Positions 35,975 to 48,985 of a DNA stretch of 64,000 bases are shown in pieces. Location: the NCBI GenBank assembly GCA_038087875.1, contig CM075995.1, positions 7,442,001-7,506,000 of the forward strand. The letters are read 5' to 3'. The notes below the pieces were generated by a model that was not told the origin of the DNA, ran no database searches, and saw only the letters and a list, made by a program, of their open reading frames with translations. This DNA comes from Malacoraja senta (taxonomy: Eukaryota). Numbering within the stretch: position 1 is the stretch's first letter; each line of letters begins with the position of its first letter. Position numbers and translations under genes: made by a program.

Positions 35975-38900
35975 ATTATTCTTAAACTGCGGCCCCTAGT
36001 TCTGGGCTCCCCCAACATCGGGAACATGTTTCTTGCCTCTAACGTGTCCAAATACCTTAATAATCTTATATGTTTCAATAAGATCCCTTCTCATCCTTCT
36101 AAATTCCAGAGTGTACAAGCCCAGCCGCTCCATTCTCTCAGCATATGACAGTCCCGCCATCCCGGGAATTAACCTTGTGAACCTACGCTGCACTCCCTCA
36201 ACAGCAAGAATGTCCTTCCTCAAATTTGGAGACCAAAACTGCACACAATACTCCAGGTGTGGTCTCACTAGGGCCCTGTCCAACTGCAGAAGGACCTCTT
36301 TGCTCGTATACTCAACTCCTCTTGTAATGAAGGCCAACATGCCATTCGCTTTCTTCACTGCCTGCTGTACCTGCATGATTACTTTATTTGACTGATGAAC
36401 AAGGACCCTCAGATCCCGTTGTACTTCCCCTTTTCCCAACTTACATAGAAACATAGAAAATAGGTGCAGGAGTAGGCCATTCGGCCCTTCGAACCTGCAC
36501 CGCCATTCAATATGATCATGGCTGATCATCCAACTCAGTATCCTGTACCTGCCTTCTCTCCATACCCCCTGATCCCTTTAGCCACAAGGACCACATCTAA
36601 CTCCCTCTTAAATATAGCCAATGAACTGGCCTCAATTACCTTCTGTGGCAGAGAGTTCCAGAGATTCACCACTCTCTGTGTGAAAAATGTTTTTCTCATC
36701 TCGGTCCTAAAGGATTTCCCCTTAATCCTTAAACTGTGACCCCTTGTCCTGGACTTCCCCAACATCGGGAACAATCTTCCTGCATCTAGCCTGTCCAACC
36801 CTTTAAGAATTTTGTAAGTTTCTATAAGATCCCCCCTCAATCTTCTAAATTCTAGCGAGTACAAGCCGAGTCTATCCAGTCTTTCTTCATATGAAAGTCC
36901 TGACATCCCAGGAATCAATCTGGTGAACCTTCTCTGTACTCCCTCTATGGCAAGAATGTCTTTCCTCAGATTTGGAGACCAAAACTGTACGCAATACTCC
37001 AGGTGTGGGCTCACCAAGACCCTGTACAGCTGCAGTAGAACCTCCCTGCTCCTATACTCAAATCCTTTTGCTATGAATGCTAACATACCATTCGCTTTCT
37101 TCACTGCCTGCTGCACCTGCATGCCTACTTTCAATGACTGGTGTACCATGACACCCAGGTCTCGTTACATCTCCCCTTTTCCTAATCGGCCACCATTTAG
37201 ATAATAGTCTACTTTCCTGTTTTTGCCACCAAAGTGGATAACCTCACATTTATCCACATTATACTACATCTGCCATGCATTTGCCCACTCACCCAGTCTA
37301 TCCAAGTCACCTTGCAGCCTCCTAGCATCCTCCTCACAGCTAACACTGCCCCCCAGCTTCGTGTCATCCACAAACTTGGAGATGTTTCATTCAATTCCCT
37401 CGTCCAAATCATTAATATATATTGTAAATAGCTGGGGTCCCAGCACTGAGCCTTGCGGTACCCCACTAGTCACTGCCTGCCATTCTGAAAAGGACCCGTT
37501 TACTCCTACTCTTTGCTTCCTGTTTGCCAGCCAGTTCTCTATCCACATCAATACTGAACCCCCAATACCGTGTGCTTTAAGTTTGTATACTAATCTCTTA
37601 TGTGGGACCTTGTCGAAAGCCTTCTGAAAGTCCAGATATAACACATCCACTGGTTCTCCCTTATCCACTCTACTAGTTACATCCTCGAAAAATTCTATAA
37701 GATTCGCCAGACATGATTCGTCAGACACTCTGGGATGCAGCCTATCTGGCCCTGGGGATTTATCGGCCTTTAATCCATTCAATTTACCTAACACCACTTC
37801 CCGGCTAACCTGGATTTCACTCAGTTCCTCTATCTCATTTGACCCGCGGTCCCCTGCTATTTCCGGCAGATTATTTATGTCTTCCTTAGTGAAGATAGAA
37901 CCAAAGTAGTTATTCAATTGGTCTGCCATGTCCTTGTTCCCCATGATCAAATTACCTGTTTCTGACTGCAAGGGACCTACATTTGTTTTAACTAATCTCT
38001 TTCTCTTCACATATCTATAAAAACTTTTGCATTCAGTTTTTATGTTCCCTGCCAGTTTTCTTTCATAATCTATTTTCCCTTTCCTAATTTAGCCCTTTGT
38101 CCTCCTCTGCTGGACTCTGGATTTCTCCGTCCTCTGGTAGGCTGCTTTTTATGGCTAATTTGTATGCTTCATCTTTTGTTTTGATACTATCCCTGATTTC
38201 CCTTGTTATCCACGGATGCACTACCTTCCCTGATTTATTCTTTTGCCAAACTGGGATGAACAATTTTTGTAGTTCATCCATGCAGTCTTTAAATGCCTTC
38301 CATTGCATATCCACCGTCAACCCTTTAAGAATCAATTGCCAGTCAATCTTGGCCAATTCACGTTTCATACCCTCAAAGTTACCTTTCTTTAAGTTCAGAA
38401 CCCTTGTTTCTGAATTAACAATGTCACTCCATCCTAATGAAGAACTCAACCATATTATGGTCACTCTTGCCCAAGGGGTCACGCACAACAAGACTGCTAA
38501 CTAACCCTTCCTCATTACTCAATACCCAGTCTAGAATAGCCTGCTCTCTCGTTGGTTCCTCTACATGTTGGTTTAGAAAACTATCCCGCATACATTCCAA
38601 GAAATCCTCTTCCTCAGCACCCCTGCCAATTTGATTCACCAAATCTATTTGTAGATTGAAGTCACCCATTATAACTGTTTTACCTTTGTTGCACGCATTT
38701 CTAATTTCCTGTTTGATGCCATCCCCAACTCCACTACTACTGTTAGGTGGCCTGTACACAACTCCCACTAGCGTTTTCTGCCCCTTAGTGTTTCGTAGCT
38801 CTACCCATATCGATTCCACATCCTCCAAGCTAATATCCTTCCTTTCCATTGCGTTAATCTCCTCTCTAACCAGCAACGCTACCCCACCTCCTTTTCCTTT

Positions 38901-40465
38901 CTGTCTATCCCTCCTGAATATTGAATATCCCTGGATGTTCAGCTCCCAGCCTTGGTCACCCTGGAGCCATGTCTCCGTGATCCCAACTATATCATAATCA
39001 TTAATAGCTATCTGCACATTCAACTCATCCACCTTATTACGAATGCGCCTTGCATTGAGACACAAACGCCTTCAGGCTTGTTTTTACAACACTCTTACCC
39101 CTTATACAATTATGTTGAAAAGTGGCCCTTTTGATTTTTGCCCTGTATTTGTCTGCCTGCCACGTTTACTTTTCACCTTGTTACCTATTGCTTCTACCCT
39201 CATTTTACACCCCTCTGTCTCTCTGCTCACACATTTAAGAAACCCACCACCTCTTATTCTCTGTTTATTATTTTTTTCTTCTTTCCCCCTACCTGTTGGG
39301 TCTGAGTGCTTCCCTTCTCTGCCTCCTGCCGCACACACTGTCTACAAGCTTTCTCTATTTGAGTCCCTCCCCCCAACCGTTCTAGTTTAAAGTCTCCGCA
39401 GTAGCCTTTGCAAATATCCCCGCCAGGATATTGGTCCACCTCGGGTTCAAGTGCAACCGACAACTTGACACCTTTTAGATAATAATCTGTTTTTGCTACC
39501 AAAAATGGATAACCTCCCATTTATCCACATTAAACTGCATCTGCCATGCATCTGCCCACTCACCCAACCTGTCCAGGTCACCCTGCATTCTCCTCACAGT
39601 TCACACTGCCAGCTTTGTGTCATCTGCAAATTTGCTAATGTTACTTTGAATCCCTTCATCTAAATCATTGATGTATATTGTAAATAGCTGCGGTCCCAGC
39701 ACCGAGCCTTGCGGTACCCCACTAGTCACTGCCTGCCATTCTGAAAGGGACCCGTTAATCCCTACTCTTTGTTTCCTGTCTGCCAACCAATTTTCTATCC
39801 ATGTCAGCACTCTACCCCCAATGCCATGTGCCCTAATTTTGCCCACTAATCTATGTGGGACCTTATCAAACGCTTTCTGAAAGTTTCAGGTACACAACAT
39901 CCACTGACTCTCCCTTGTCCATTTTCCTAGTTACATCCTCAAAAAAATCCAGAAGATTAGTCAAGCATGGTTTCACCTTCATAAATCCATGCTGATTCGG
40001 ACCGATCCTGTTACTGCTATCCAAATGTGCCGCTATTTCATCTTTTATGATTGACTCCAGCATCTTCCCCACCACCAATGTCAGGCTAACTGGTCTATAA
40101 TTCCCTGTTTTCTGTCTCCCGCCTTTCCTAAAAAGTGGGATAACATTAGCTACCCTCCAATCCGCAGGAACTGATCCTGAATCTATCAAACATTGGAAAA
40201 TGATCACCAATGCGTCACGATTTCTCGAGCCACTTCCTTAAGTACCCTGGGATGCAGACCATCAGGCCCCGGGGATTTATCAGCCTTCAGTCCCATCAGT
40301 CTACCCAACACCATTTCCTGCCTAATGTGGATTTCCTTCAGTTCCTCCATCACCCCAGATCCTCTGGCCACTAGTACATCAGGAAGATTGTTTGTGTACT
40401 CCTTAGTGAAGACGGATCCAAAGTACCTGTTCAACTCATCTGCCATTTCCTTGTTCCCCATAATA
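35975..40465 (-). mobile_element. 5'-truncated CR1 LINE (ORF2 RT region), split by a younger CR1 at 36443-39460
   Basis: [42 protein letters not shown] in 39461-40465; continues as LGKGEVQRDL...RPHLEYCVQFWSP in 35996-36442. Confidence 0.9.
36443..39460 (-). mobile_element. CR1 LINE, 5'-truncated in ORF1, with AP-endonuclease and RT domains disrupted by frameshifts and an internal deletion near 37722
   Basis: EN motifs (CLNAR, GITETWL, GVVYRPP, MGDFN, SDHN) at 38424-39065 and RT motifs at 36535-38010. ORF1 end LHLN..TNILAG.FA at 39385-39460. TSD CAACTT (36437-36442, 39461-39466). Confidence 0.92.
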
Positions 40466-42876
40466 TGGACTGTACCCTAGCTTATGGGAGGACCGAAGAG
40501 GTGCTGGCTCGAAGGGCCGAATGGCCTACTCCTGCACCTATTGTCTATTGACCGGTTGGTGAACCTTTGGAGTGTTCTACCCCCTGAGGCTCAGCCATTG
40601 GGTTAATTCAGATTGGTACAGTGGTGCAGCGGTGGCGTTGCTGCCTTACAGCGCCAAGGACCCAGGCTCTATCCTGACTACGGGTGCTGTCTGTGTGGAG
40701 TTTGTACGTTCTCCCCGTGACTGTGTGGACTTTCTCCGGGTGTTCCTGTTTCCTCCAAAGACGTGCAGGTTTTTTGGTTGATTGGCCTTTGTAAATCCTA
40801 GTGTGTAATATAGAAATGGAAGGGCCTGCTTCCACACTGTATTTCTAAACTGAACGAAAAGTCGATAGATTTCTAGACATTGGGGGAATAAGAGGATGGC
40901 ATTGAGGAGGAAGATTTGGAGTATTGTGAGCAGTTTTGGGGCCCCATATCTGAGGAAGGATATGCTGTCGTTGGAGAGGGTCCAGAGGAAGTTTTTGGGA
41001 ATGGTCCCAGCATGATTGGGTTAACATATGATGAGCGTTTGACGGCACAGGGCCCGTACTAGCTGGAGTTTAGACGGATGAGGAGGGACCTCATTGAAAC
41101 TGATGGAATAGTGAAAGGCCTGGATAGAGTGGATGTGGAGAGGATATTTCCACTGGTGGGAGAGTCCAGCATCAGAGGCCATAGCCTCAGAATAAAAGGA
41201 TGTACTTTTACCAAGGAGATGAGGAGAAATTTCCTTAGTCAGAGGGTGGTGAATCTGTGGAATTCATTGCCACAGAAGGATGTGGAGGCCAAGTCAATGG
41301 GTAATTTTAAGGTGGAGATTGTCAGAGTGTCAGGTATTATGGAGAGAAGACAGAAGAGTGGGGTTAAGAGGAAAGATAGATCAGCCATGATTGAATGGCG
41401 GAGTAGACTTGATGGGCCGAATGGCCTAATACTGCTGCTAGAACTTATGAAGATCAGCCATGATAGTTGAATGGCAGAGCAGGCTCAAGAGGTCATGCGG
41501 ACACTACTGCTGTTCCCGCTCCTTATTCCGCATGGTTTGTATTTAGCAGTGACACTGTAAGCTGCTGTTATCAGTTTGCAATTAATTAATCCATTCCATC
41601 TTGGGGAAAGTAACAGCGGTTTAAATTTATACTAGCACAGTCAGTTCCCAGTGAAATGCATACTAAACAAAAAAAATCACTGTGAATGCTCTCAAAAGTA
41701 AAATTACACAGCACTGAAAATGTAAACAGATCATTAAATCCACTTGCCCTACTTTCAGCAGCAGATTATCAAAGAATTCACTGTCCCTTGGGTAGGGATC
41801 GTCGTGTTGCCATAACATAAGTTGCCGTGAGTCTATTCACCTGAAATTTGTTCTTGTGATCTCTCCCACCCACTACCCTGCTGAAGCAACTTGCGCTCCC
41901 CCCACCCCCCCTCCCATCTCCAAATGGCTTCCATTTGATGTCACAAAAATTGTCCTTTTGTCAAACAACACTTTGTATTACGAACCATACCCCCTGGCAT
42001 GAATGACTGTGTTTAGCGTAGTATGGTAATATTGCAATTGTCACATCGGATGAACCTGCTGCTCTGCTGCGTTAGTTTTGTGCCTCTGCCTCGTCGTCAG
42101 GAGACAGACCATCATGAATGTGCCATCATCGGCCCTCCTCGTAGCAGGGTATTGGGTTCAAGATTCTGTGTAAAATGTGACAGTGGCTTCGAAGAACCCC
42201 ACCCAAATCAGTAACCCAGTCTCCTCTCGGAGCTGGTGCGTTTGTTTATCTGCTCTGGTCGGAACAAATGTTCATTACAACTCGGCTCTGCAGCTTCCAC
42301 CGTATACGTTAACCACCTTTTGTTATGGCTGCATTTGTGTCGGTGAGTATTCGGTCTTTTTAAAAAAATTAATTGGACCGCTTAGTTCTTTGCCGTTACC
42401 TGTAGACGGATATTTTAAAAGGGGAAAATCTCGGCTGCGATTGCAATTAAGATATCGAAATGGAGATTTTTATAGCCGATCTTTTCGATGCTGTGTGACA
42501 GTGTGCGAATAGAATCCTTTTCAAGTGATTATAAATGGAAATGTGCCACTCTGCACTGCAAAATAAAATCCCACTGACCTTCAGATTTAAGCATGCTGTG
42601 CACGTCTGCTCAGCTCGAGGAGCCCAGTGGGTTTAGATAACTAGACTTGTGCATCAAAGAGTTTGACAGGCTGTTGCAAGCACGCTGTGCTGAATAAATT
42701 CCTCGCCACAAATACATATCTCCCAACAGGAATATTTTGCAGGATTTGCAGATGGTCATACTTGGTTGTTGCTGGTGGATTTAAATGTGTTTTACAGCTG
42801 TGTTTATACATAGTCTCTCCCCCCCCCCCCATTACAGGGCACCATAATGTTTGGGACACAGCAATGTCATGTAAAT

Positions 42877-45427
42877 CAGGGCTGCCAACTCTCACGCTTT
42901 GAGCGTGAGAATCACGCCCTCATGCAAACTCTCATGCTGATCAGAAATTTTCTCACGCTCTGTGGTGAGAAATTCTGTGATCAACGAAAATTTCAAAACT
43001 CAGATAAACTGCATGGTCCGCGGGTGTTGGAGAGCCGGGGCTGAGGGAGGGATGGAAGCAGCGGGCGGATACAGATGCGGGGAGTCGGAGCTGGTGAGTG
43101 TCTGCGGGGCTGGCGAGTCGCTCGCTGCAGCTCCGGCCATGGAGCAGCCCCAGTGCGAGAGTCCAGGGCCGTCGGAAGCGTTGCGCCGCTGCCGCGAGAG
43201 TCTCTGTGCCGAAGTGACAGAGACTCTCAAAGGAAGGTGGAGAGAGAGAGGGGGGAAGGAGATGGAGACAGGGGGGAGAGAGAGGAGAGGAGAGGAGAGA
43301 GAGGGGAGAGACAGAGGGGGAGTGAATGGAGTGAGAGAAGAGGGAGAGGGGGGGAGAGAGGGGTGAGAGGGAAGAAAGGGAAGAGAGAGGGGGTGGAGAG
43401 GGTAGGAGAGAATGGGAGAGGGGAAGAGAGAGGGGTGGTAAAAAAGAGGGGGAGAGGGGGAGGAGGAGGGGAAGAGGGAGAGAGGGGGAGGGGGCAAAGA
43501 GAAAGAGGAGTTAGAGAGAGGAGAAAGAGCAAGGGGGAGAGTGAGGTGGGAGGGAGAAATGGAGAGAGAGAGAGAGGAGAGAGGGAGAGAGAGAGGTGAG
43601 AGGGAGAGAGAGAGAGGGAGGGGAGAGTGTGTGTGGAGGGGGAGATAGAGGGAGGGAGAAAGAGAGAGAGAGGGGGAAGCGAGGGGGAGAGAAGGAGGGG
43701 GAGAGAAGAGAAAGAGGAGAGAGAGAGGGAGGGAAGAGGGGGGAGAGAGAGTTAGGGAAAGGAGAGGGGAGAGTGAGTTAGGGGAAGAGAGGGAGAGAGA
43801 GGGGAGAGGGGGGAGAGAGGAGGGGACGAGAGGGGGAGTGGGGTGGGAGGGAGAGGGGGAGGAGGAGGGAGGGGAGGGGGAGGGAGAGAGGGAGAGGAAG
43901 AGGAGAGAGAGAGAGGAGGGGAGAGATAAGAGAGAAGGAAGGGGAGAGGGAGAGTGAGGGGGAGACAGGGAGAGAGGGGGTTAGAGGAGAGAAAGAGGGA
44001 GGAGAGAGAGGGGGTTGAGAGGAGAGGGAGCGGAAAAGGGGAGAAAGAGAGGGATGAGTGAGGTGGGAGGGAGAGAGAGAGGGGAGAGGTGGAGAGAGAG
44101 GGAGGGAGAGAGGGGGAGGGGGAGAGGGGGGATAGAGAGTCAGGGCTGCCAACTCCCATGCAGAGCGTGAGAATCACGCATTTCGCCAAATTCTCACGCT
44201 GATCACAAATTTCTCTCGCTCTGTTGTGAGAAATTCTGTGATCAACGAAAATTTCAAAACTCATATCAACTGTATGGGCCATGGGTGTTGGAAGCAGAAG
44301 CAGCGACGGGGACAGATGCGGATCGGAGCGGGGCTGGCGAGTGTTTGCCGGGCTGGCGAGTCGCTCACTGCAGCACCGGCCATGGAGCAGCCTCAGTGCA
44401 CGGCGTCGGAAGCGTTGCGCCGTTGCCGTGAGAGTCCCTGTGCCAAATTCACCCGGGTGACCGGCTTGGATCGGGGCTGCGGCTCGGTGCATCCTGGAGG
44501 ACAACCAGTGGCTGCTGGAAGTAAGTACCAAGCACTGGGTAGAAACGGTGGAAGATAGTGGACTTCAAATGGGGGTGGTTGGAGAAAGCATCCTGCTTGC
44601 CTGCTAGATTTTCACTTACTGTAACTGCAGGAAAAATGTTCCCGATGTTGGGGGAGTTCAGAACCAGGGGTCACAGTTTAAGAATAAAGGGGGGGGGGGG
44701 CAGTTAGGACTGAGATGAGGACAAACTTTCTTCACACAGAGAGTTGTGAATCTGTGGAATTCTCTGCCACAGAAGGCAGTGGAGGCCAATTCACTGGATG
44801 TTTTCAAGAGAGAGTTACATTTAGTTCTTGGGGCTAATGAAATCAAGGGATATGGGGAAAAACAGGAAAGAGGTACAGATTTTAGATGAATAGCCATGAT
44901 CATATTGAATGGCAGTGCCTGGCTCGAAGGGCCGATGGCCTATTCCTGCACCTATTTTCTATGTTTCTATGCTTGAGTATATGGCAATAAAACTCGACCA
45001 CTTGATTTTGAAGCATTCATGCATGGTGGAGGTATAATGTAGTCATAGAGTGATACAGTGTGAAAACAGGCCCTTCGGCCCAACTTGCCCACACCCGCCA
45101 ACATGTCCCAGCTACCCTACCTGCTGGGGGGAATTCCCTACCATACTGTGGAATGTAATTAGGAATGTAATTTACTCTAACCTTATTCATAGCTAATCCA
45201 ATTTAAAGCATATATATTGCATTCAAGTGTAGGTTAAAAGACTCGCTACAGTATGCACCATATTGCACAATTTCAAGCTGAAAAATGCAAAAGTTCCATA
45301 CTAATGGGAGGGGGGACACCCTACTCCCACCCCACCTCCCAACCCCCACCCCCGGTCGCTATGCTCCCTCGGGCTTGGTCTCTCACAATTTCTCACTCCC
45401 AACTCTCACCCAATGTTGGCAGCCCTG
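42877..45427. mobile_element. Non-autonomous hAT element with duplicated left end (second left end at 44141), GA-rich tract and internal CR1 fragments
   Basis: TIR CAGGGCTGCCAAC / GTTGGCAGCCCTG and subterminal TCTCAC/GTGAGA repeats. TSD is ATGTAAAT on the left and TGTAAAT on the right. Confidence 0.85.
43229..44140 (+). repeat. About 0.9-kb polypurine (GA/GGA-rich) low-complexity tract
   Basis: Almost exclusively A/G on the + strand. Confidence 0.95.
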
Positions 45428-45841
45428 TGTAAATGAAAGTAGTCATGTTTAGTATTTTGTTGCATATCCTGTGCATGCAATGACTGCTTGAAGTCTGTGA
45501 TTCATGGACATCACCAGTTGCTGGGTGTCTTTGATGATGCTCTGCCAGGCCTGTATTGTAGCCATCTTTAGCTTATGCTTGTTTTGGGGGCTAGTCCCCT
45601 TCAGTTTTCTCTTCAGCATATAAAAGGCATGCTCAATTGGGTTCAGATCGGGTGATTGACTTGGCCACTCAAGAATTGACCATTTTTAGCTTTGAAAAAC
45701 TCCTTTGTTGCTTTTGCAGTATGTTTGGGAACCGCCGGCCAATGAGTTTTGAGGCATTTGTTTGAACTTGAGCAGATAGGATGTGTCTATACACTTCAGA
45801 ATTCATTATGCTACTACCATCAGCAGGTTGTATCATCAATG

Positions 45842-46041
45842 NNNNNNNNNNNNNNNNNNNNNNNNNNNNNNNNNNNNNNNNNNNNNNNNNNNNNNNNNNN
45901 NNNNNNNNNNNNNNNNNNNNNNNNNNNNNNNNNNNNNNNNNNNNNNNNNNNNNNNNNNNNNNNNNNNNNNNNNNNNNNNNNNNNNNNNNNNNNNNNNNNN
46001 NNNNNNNNNNNNNNNNNNNNNNNNNNNNNNNNNNNNNNNNN
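45842..46041. other. Assembly gap (200 N)
   Basis: Run of N. Confidence 1.
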
Positions 46042-46850
46042 TGCACCCCCTCTCTCCCCGTCCCCTCCCCCACTCTAGTCCTCCTGAGTTACACTATTTG
46101 TATCACACGTTATCATCTTCCCCGCAGCCAACAATGGACCATTGTGGGCTCCACCTTGACCATCGTTGCTGCCTTTTAATTTGTCCTTTTGCACGCCTTT
46201 CAGTCATTTTTTTCTATGTACCTTTTCCTATCTGTTTCCCCATCTCCCCTCGTCTCTCAGTCTGAGGAAGGGTCTCGACCCGAAACGTCTCTCCAGAGAA
46301 GCTGCCCGTCCCGCTGAGTTACTCCAGCATTTTGTGTCTGTCCAAGGGAAGAGTCGTCTTTGCCAAAGTCGAATGTACCCAGTGGCATTTGTATAAAAGC
46401 CGATAATGTAAGACTTGCCATCCTCCCTAGAGATTGTTAATGATCAGACACAGGACACCAGCAGTTAGTGATCGGAGGAGTATTGATTAGGGCCACACAG
46501 TGGGGCGGCGGTGGAGTTGGTGTCTCACAGCGCTGGAGACACGGGTTCGATCCTGACCACGGGTGCTGTCTGTACCGAGTTTGTACGTTCTCCCCGTGAC
46601 CACGTGGGTTTTCTCCGGGTGCTCCGGTTTCCTCCCACCTTCCAAAGACGTGCAGGTTTGTGGGTTAGTTGGCTTCTGCTGTAAGTTGCAAATTCCCCCC
46701 CCCCCTAGTGTGTAATATAGGGCTAGTGCATGGGGTAATCGCTGGTCGGCATAGACTCGGTCGGCCGAAGGGCCCGCATCCACGCCGCATCTCCCAACTA
46801 AAAGACAGGTACAGTTATTGATCAGATATGGGACAATGTGCAGTTATTGA

Positions 46851-47665
46851 TTAGATGTGAGGTTATCCACTTTGGTGGCAAAAACAGGAAGGCAGACTAT
46901 TATCTAAATGGTGGCCGATTAGGAAATGGGGAGATGCAGCGAGACCTGGGTGTCATGGTACACCAGTCATTGAAAGTAGGCGTGCAGGTGCAGCAGGCAG
47001 TGAAGAAAGCGAATGGTGTGTTGGCCTTCATAGCAAGAGGATTTGAGTATAGGAGCAGGGAGGTTCTACTGCAGTTGTACAGGGTCTTGGTGAGACCACA
47101 CCTGGAGTATTGCGTACAGTTTGGTCTCCAAATCTGAGGAAGGACATTATAGCCATAGAGGGAGTGCAGAGAAGGTTCACCAGACTGATTCCTGGGATGT
47201 CAGGACTTTCATATGAAGAAAGACTGGATAGACTTGGCTTATACTCGCTAGAATTTAGGAGATTGAGAGGGGATCTTATAGAAACGTACAAAATTCTTAT
47301 GGGGTTGGACAGGCTAGATGCAGGAAGATTGTTCCCGATGTTGGGGAAGTCCAGGACAAGGGGTCACAGCTTAAGGATAAGGGGGAAATCCTTTAAGACC
47401 GAGATGAGGAAAAACTTTTTCACACAGAGAGTGGTGAATCTCTGGAACTCTCTGCCACAGAGGGTAGTTGAGGCCAGTTCATTGGCTATATTTAAGAGGG
47501 AGTTAGATGTGGCCCTTGTGGCTAAAGGGATCAGGGAGTATGGAGAGAAGGCAGGTACGGGATACTGAGTTGGATGATCAGCCATGATCATATTGAATGG
47601 CGGTGCAGGCTCGAAGGGCCGAATGGCCTACTCCTGCACCTATTGTCTATGTATCTATGTTTCTA
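46851..47665 (+). mobile_element. Young CR1 LINE 3' fragment
   Basis: ORFs 46838-47137 and 47110-47568 encode the CR1 ORF2 C-terminus; 3' tail intact. Confidence 0.92.
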
Positions 47666-47692
47666 TAAGGGACACATGTTCAAATTGTTCTT

Positions 47693-48390
47693 GATGGGCG
47701 GAAATCGCTTTTAAAACATGGGGGGGGGGGACGCACACAAAGAGAGAGGGCATAGAGGGGAGAGAGAGAGGGGGGGGAAGAGAGAGAGGGGAGAGAGAGA
47801 GGGCAGAGAGGAACGATCGCACGTTATAACGCGGCGCCGATCCATTCTGACCGCTGCCGCCGCCGCCGAACGCCGCCCCCCGCCCCCGAACAACCCCAAC
47901 CAACCCCCCCCCCCCCCACATTGCTCCCTTCTTCACGGCAGCCCTGTGATGTCTCAGCTCTGACAATTCGAGGGACCTACCCGGTAACAACACTAAGGGG
48001 CAGCTCCAGGCCGCCGTGCTGCCCGACTCGACGCCTAACTGACACACGCTCCGTCCTGCGCTGAGCTTGGTGCGGGGCCGGATAAAATGGCGTGGCGGGC
48101 CGGACGTGGCCCGCGGGCCATAGTTTGGAGACCCCTGATGTGCGCGTACGTACGTCTGTACGCATGATACGGTTATTAACGTTAGCACTGGCTGAATTGG
48201 GAAGAGTGTAGCGCGAGCTTCCTTCCGTGGTGGGTGGGGTAAAAGGGCTGGAGAATAGGCCTAAGTTACTTTTGTCAACATACAAGAAAACATGGGGGGG
48301 GGGGATTGTCCCCCACCCCTCAAAACGGGGGACACACGCCACCCCCCCCCACCCCCACCCACACACACCCCCCCGGGATTTCCGCCCATG
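47693..48390. mobile_element. Non-autonomous hAT-like element containing a hAT-Charlie-type end at about 48075-48137
   Basis: Inverted termini ATGGGCGGAAATC / GATTTCCGCCCAT(G), with CTTGA on both flanks. The internal GGCCCGCGGGCCATAGTTTGGAGACCCCTG is a typical Charlie terminus. Confidence 0.65.
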
Positions 48391-48985
48391 CTTGATTGTA
48401 AGACATATAGAATGAAACGGTAATATTGGATGCAGTGTGGTTCCATCAATGGAGACCCTCTGGAGTGACAAAGTGATGTCTGAAAGCAGAATACCTCCAC
48501 GTTTCCCCAGCAGGGAGACCTAACTCTCAGCATCCACCCTGACGGCTCGCATCAAAATCTTACATCTCAATAAGATCGCCTCTCATTGTAGACTTTGGAC
48601 TCGAGAGAAGCAGCGCGGAAACGGGCCCTTCGGCCCCACCGAGTCCGCGCCGACCAGCGATCACCCCGTACACAAACCTACGCACACTAGGGACAATTTT
48701 ACAACTCACCAAAGCCGGGTTCTATGCTGACTACAGGAGTTTGTATGTTGGGGCTGGTGGAACCAAGGGATATGGGGAGAAGGCAGGCACGGGTTATTGA
48801 TTGGGGACGATCAGCCATGATCACAATGAATGGCGGTGCTGGCTCGAAGGGCCGAATGGCCTCCTCCTGCACCTATTTTCTATGTTTCTAAGTATGGACT
48901 CGGTGGGCGAAGGCCCTGTTTCCGTGCTGTGTCTCTAAAACTTCAATGGTTCAATGGTTCAATGGTACTTTATTGTCATGTGTAC

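Larger units (their letters stand above)
42792..45841 (-). mobile_element. Tc1 transposase pseudogene 3' part, interrupted by a hAT element and cut by the gap
   Basis: Minus strand of about 45450-45670 encodes WPSQSPDLNPIEHAFYMLKRKLK...GYATKY*. Segments 42792-42876 and 45435 onward join across the hAT insertion. Confidence 0.85.

Noticed and set aside
42663..42902. IFCRICR (CxxC) as the missing C18orf21 exon
   Set aside because: The nearby acceptor (CAACAG) gives the wrong frame for a phase-0 join, and the flanking residues do not resemble the expected exon.
43000..44531. Long Glu/Arg/Gly-rich and Pro/Leu/Ser-rich ORFs
   Set aside because: Artefacts of the GA-rich tract inside a hAT element.
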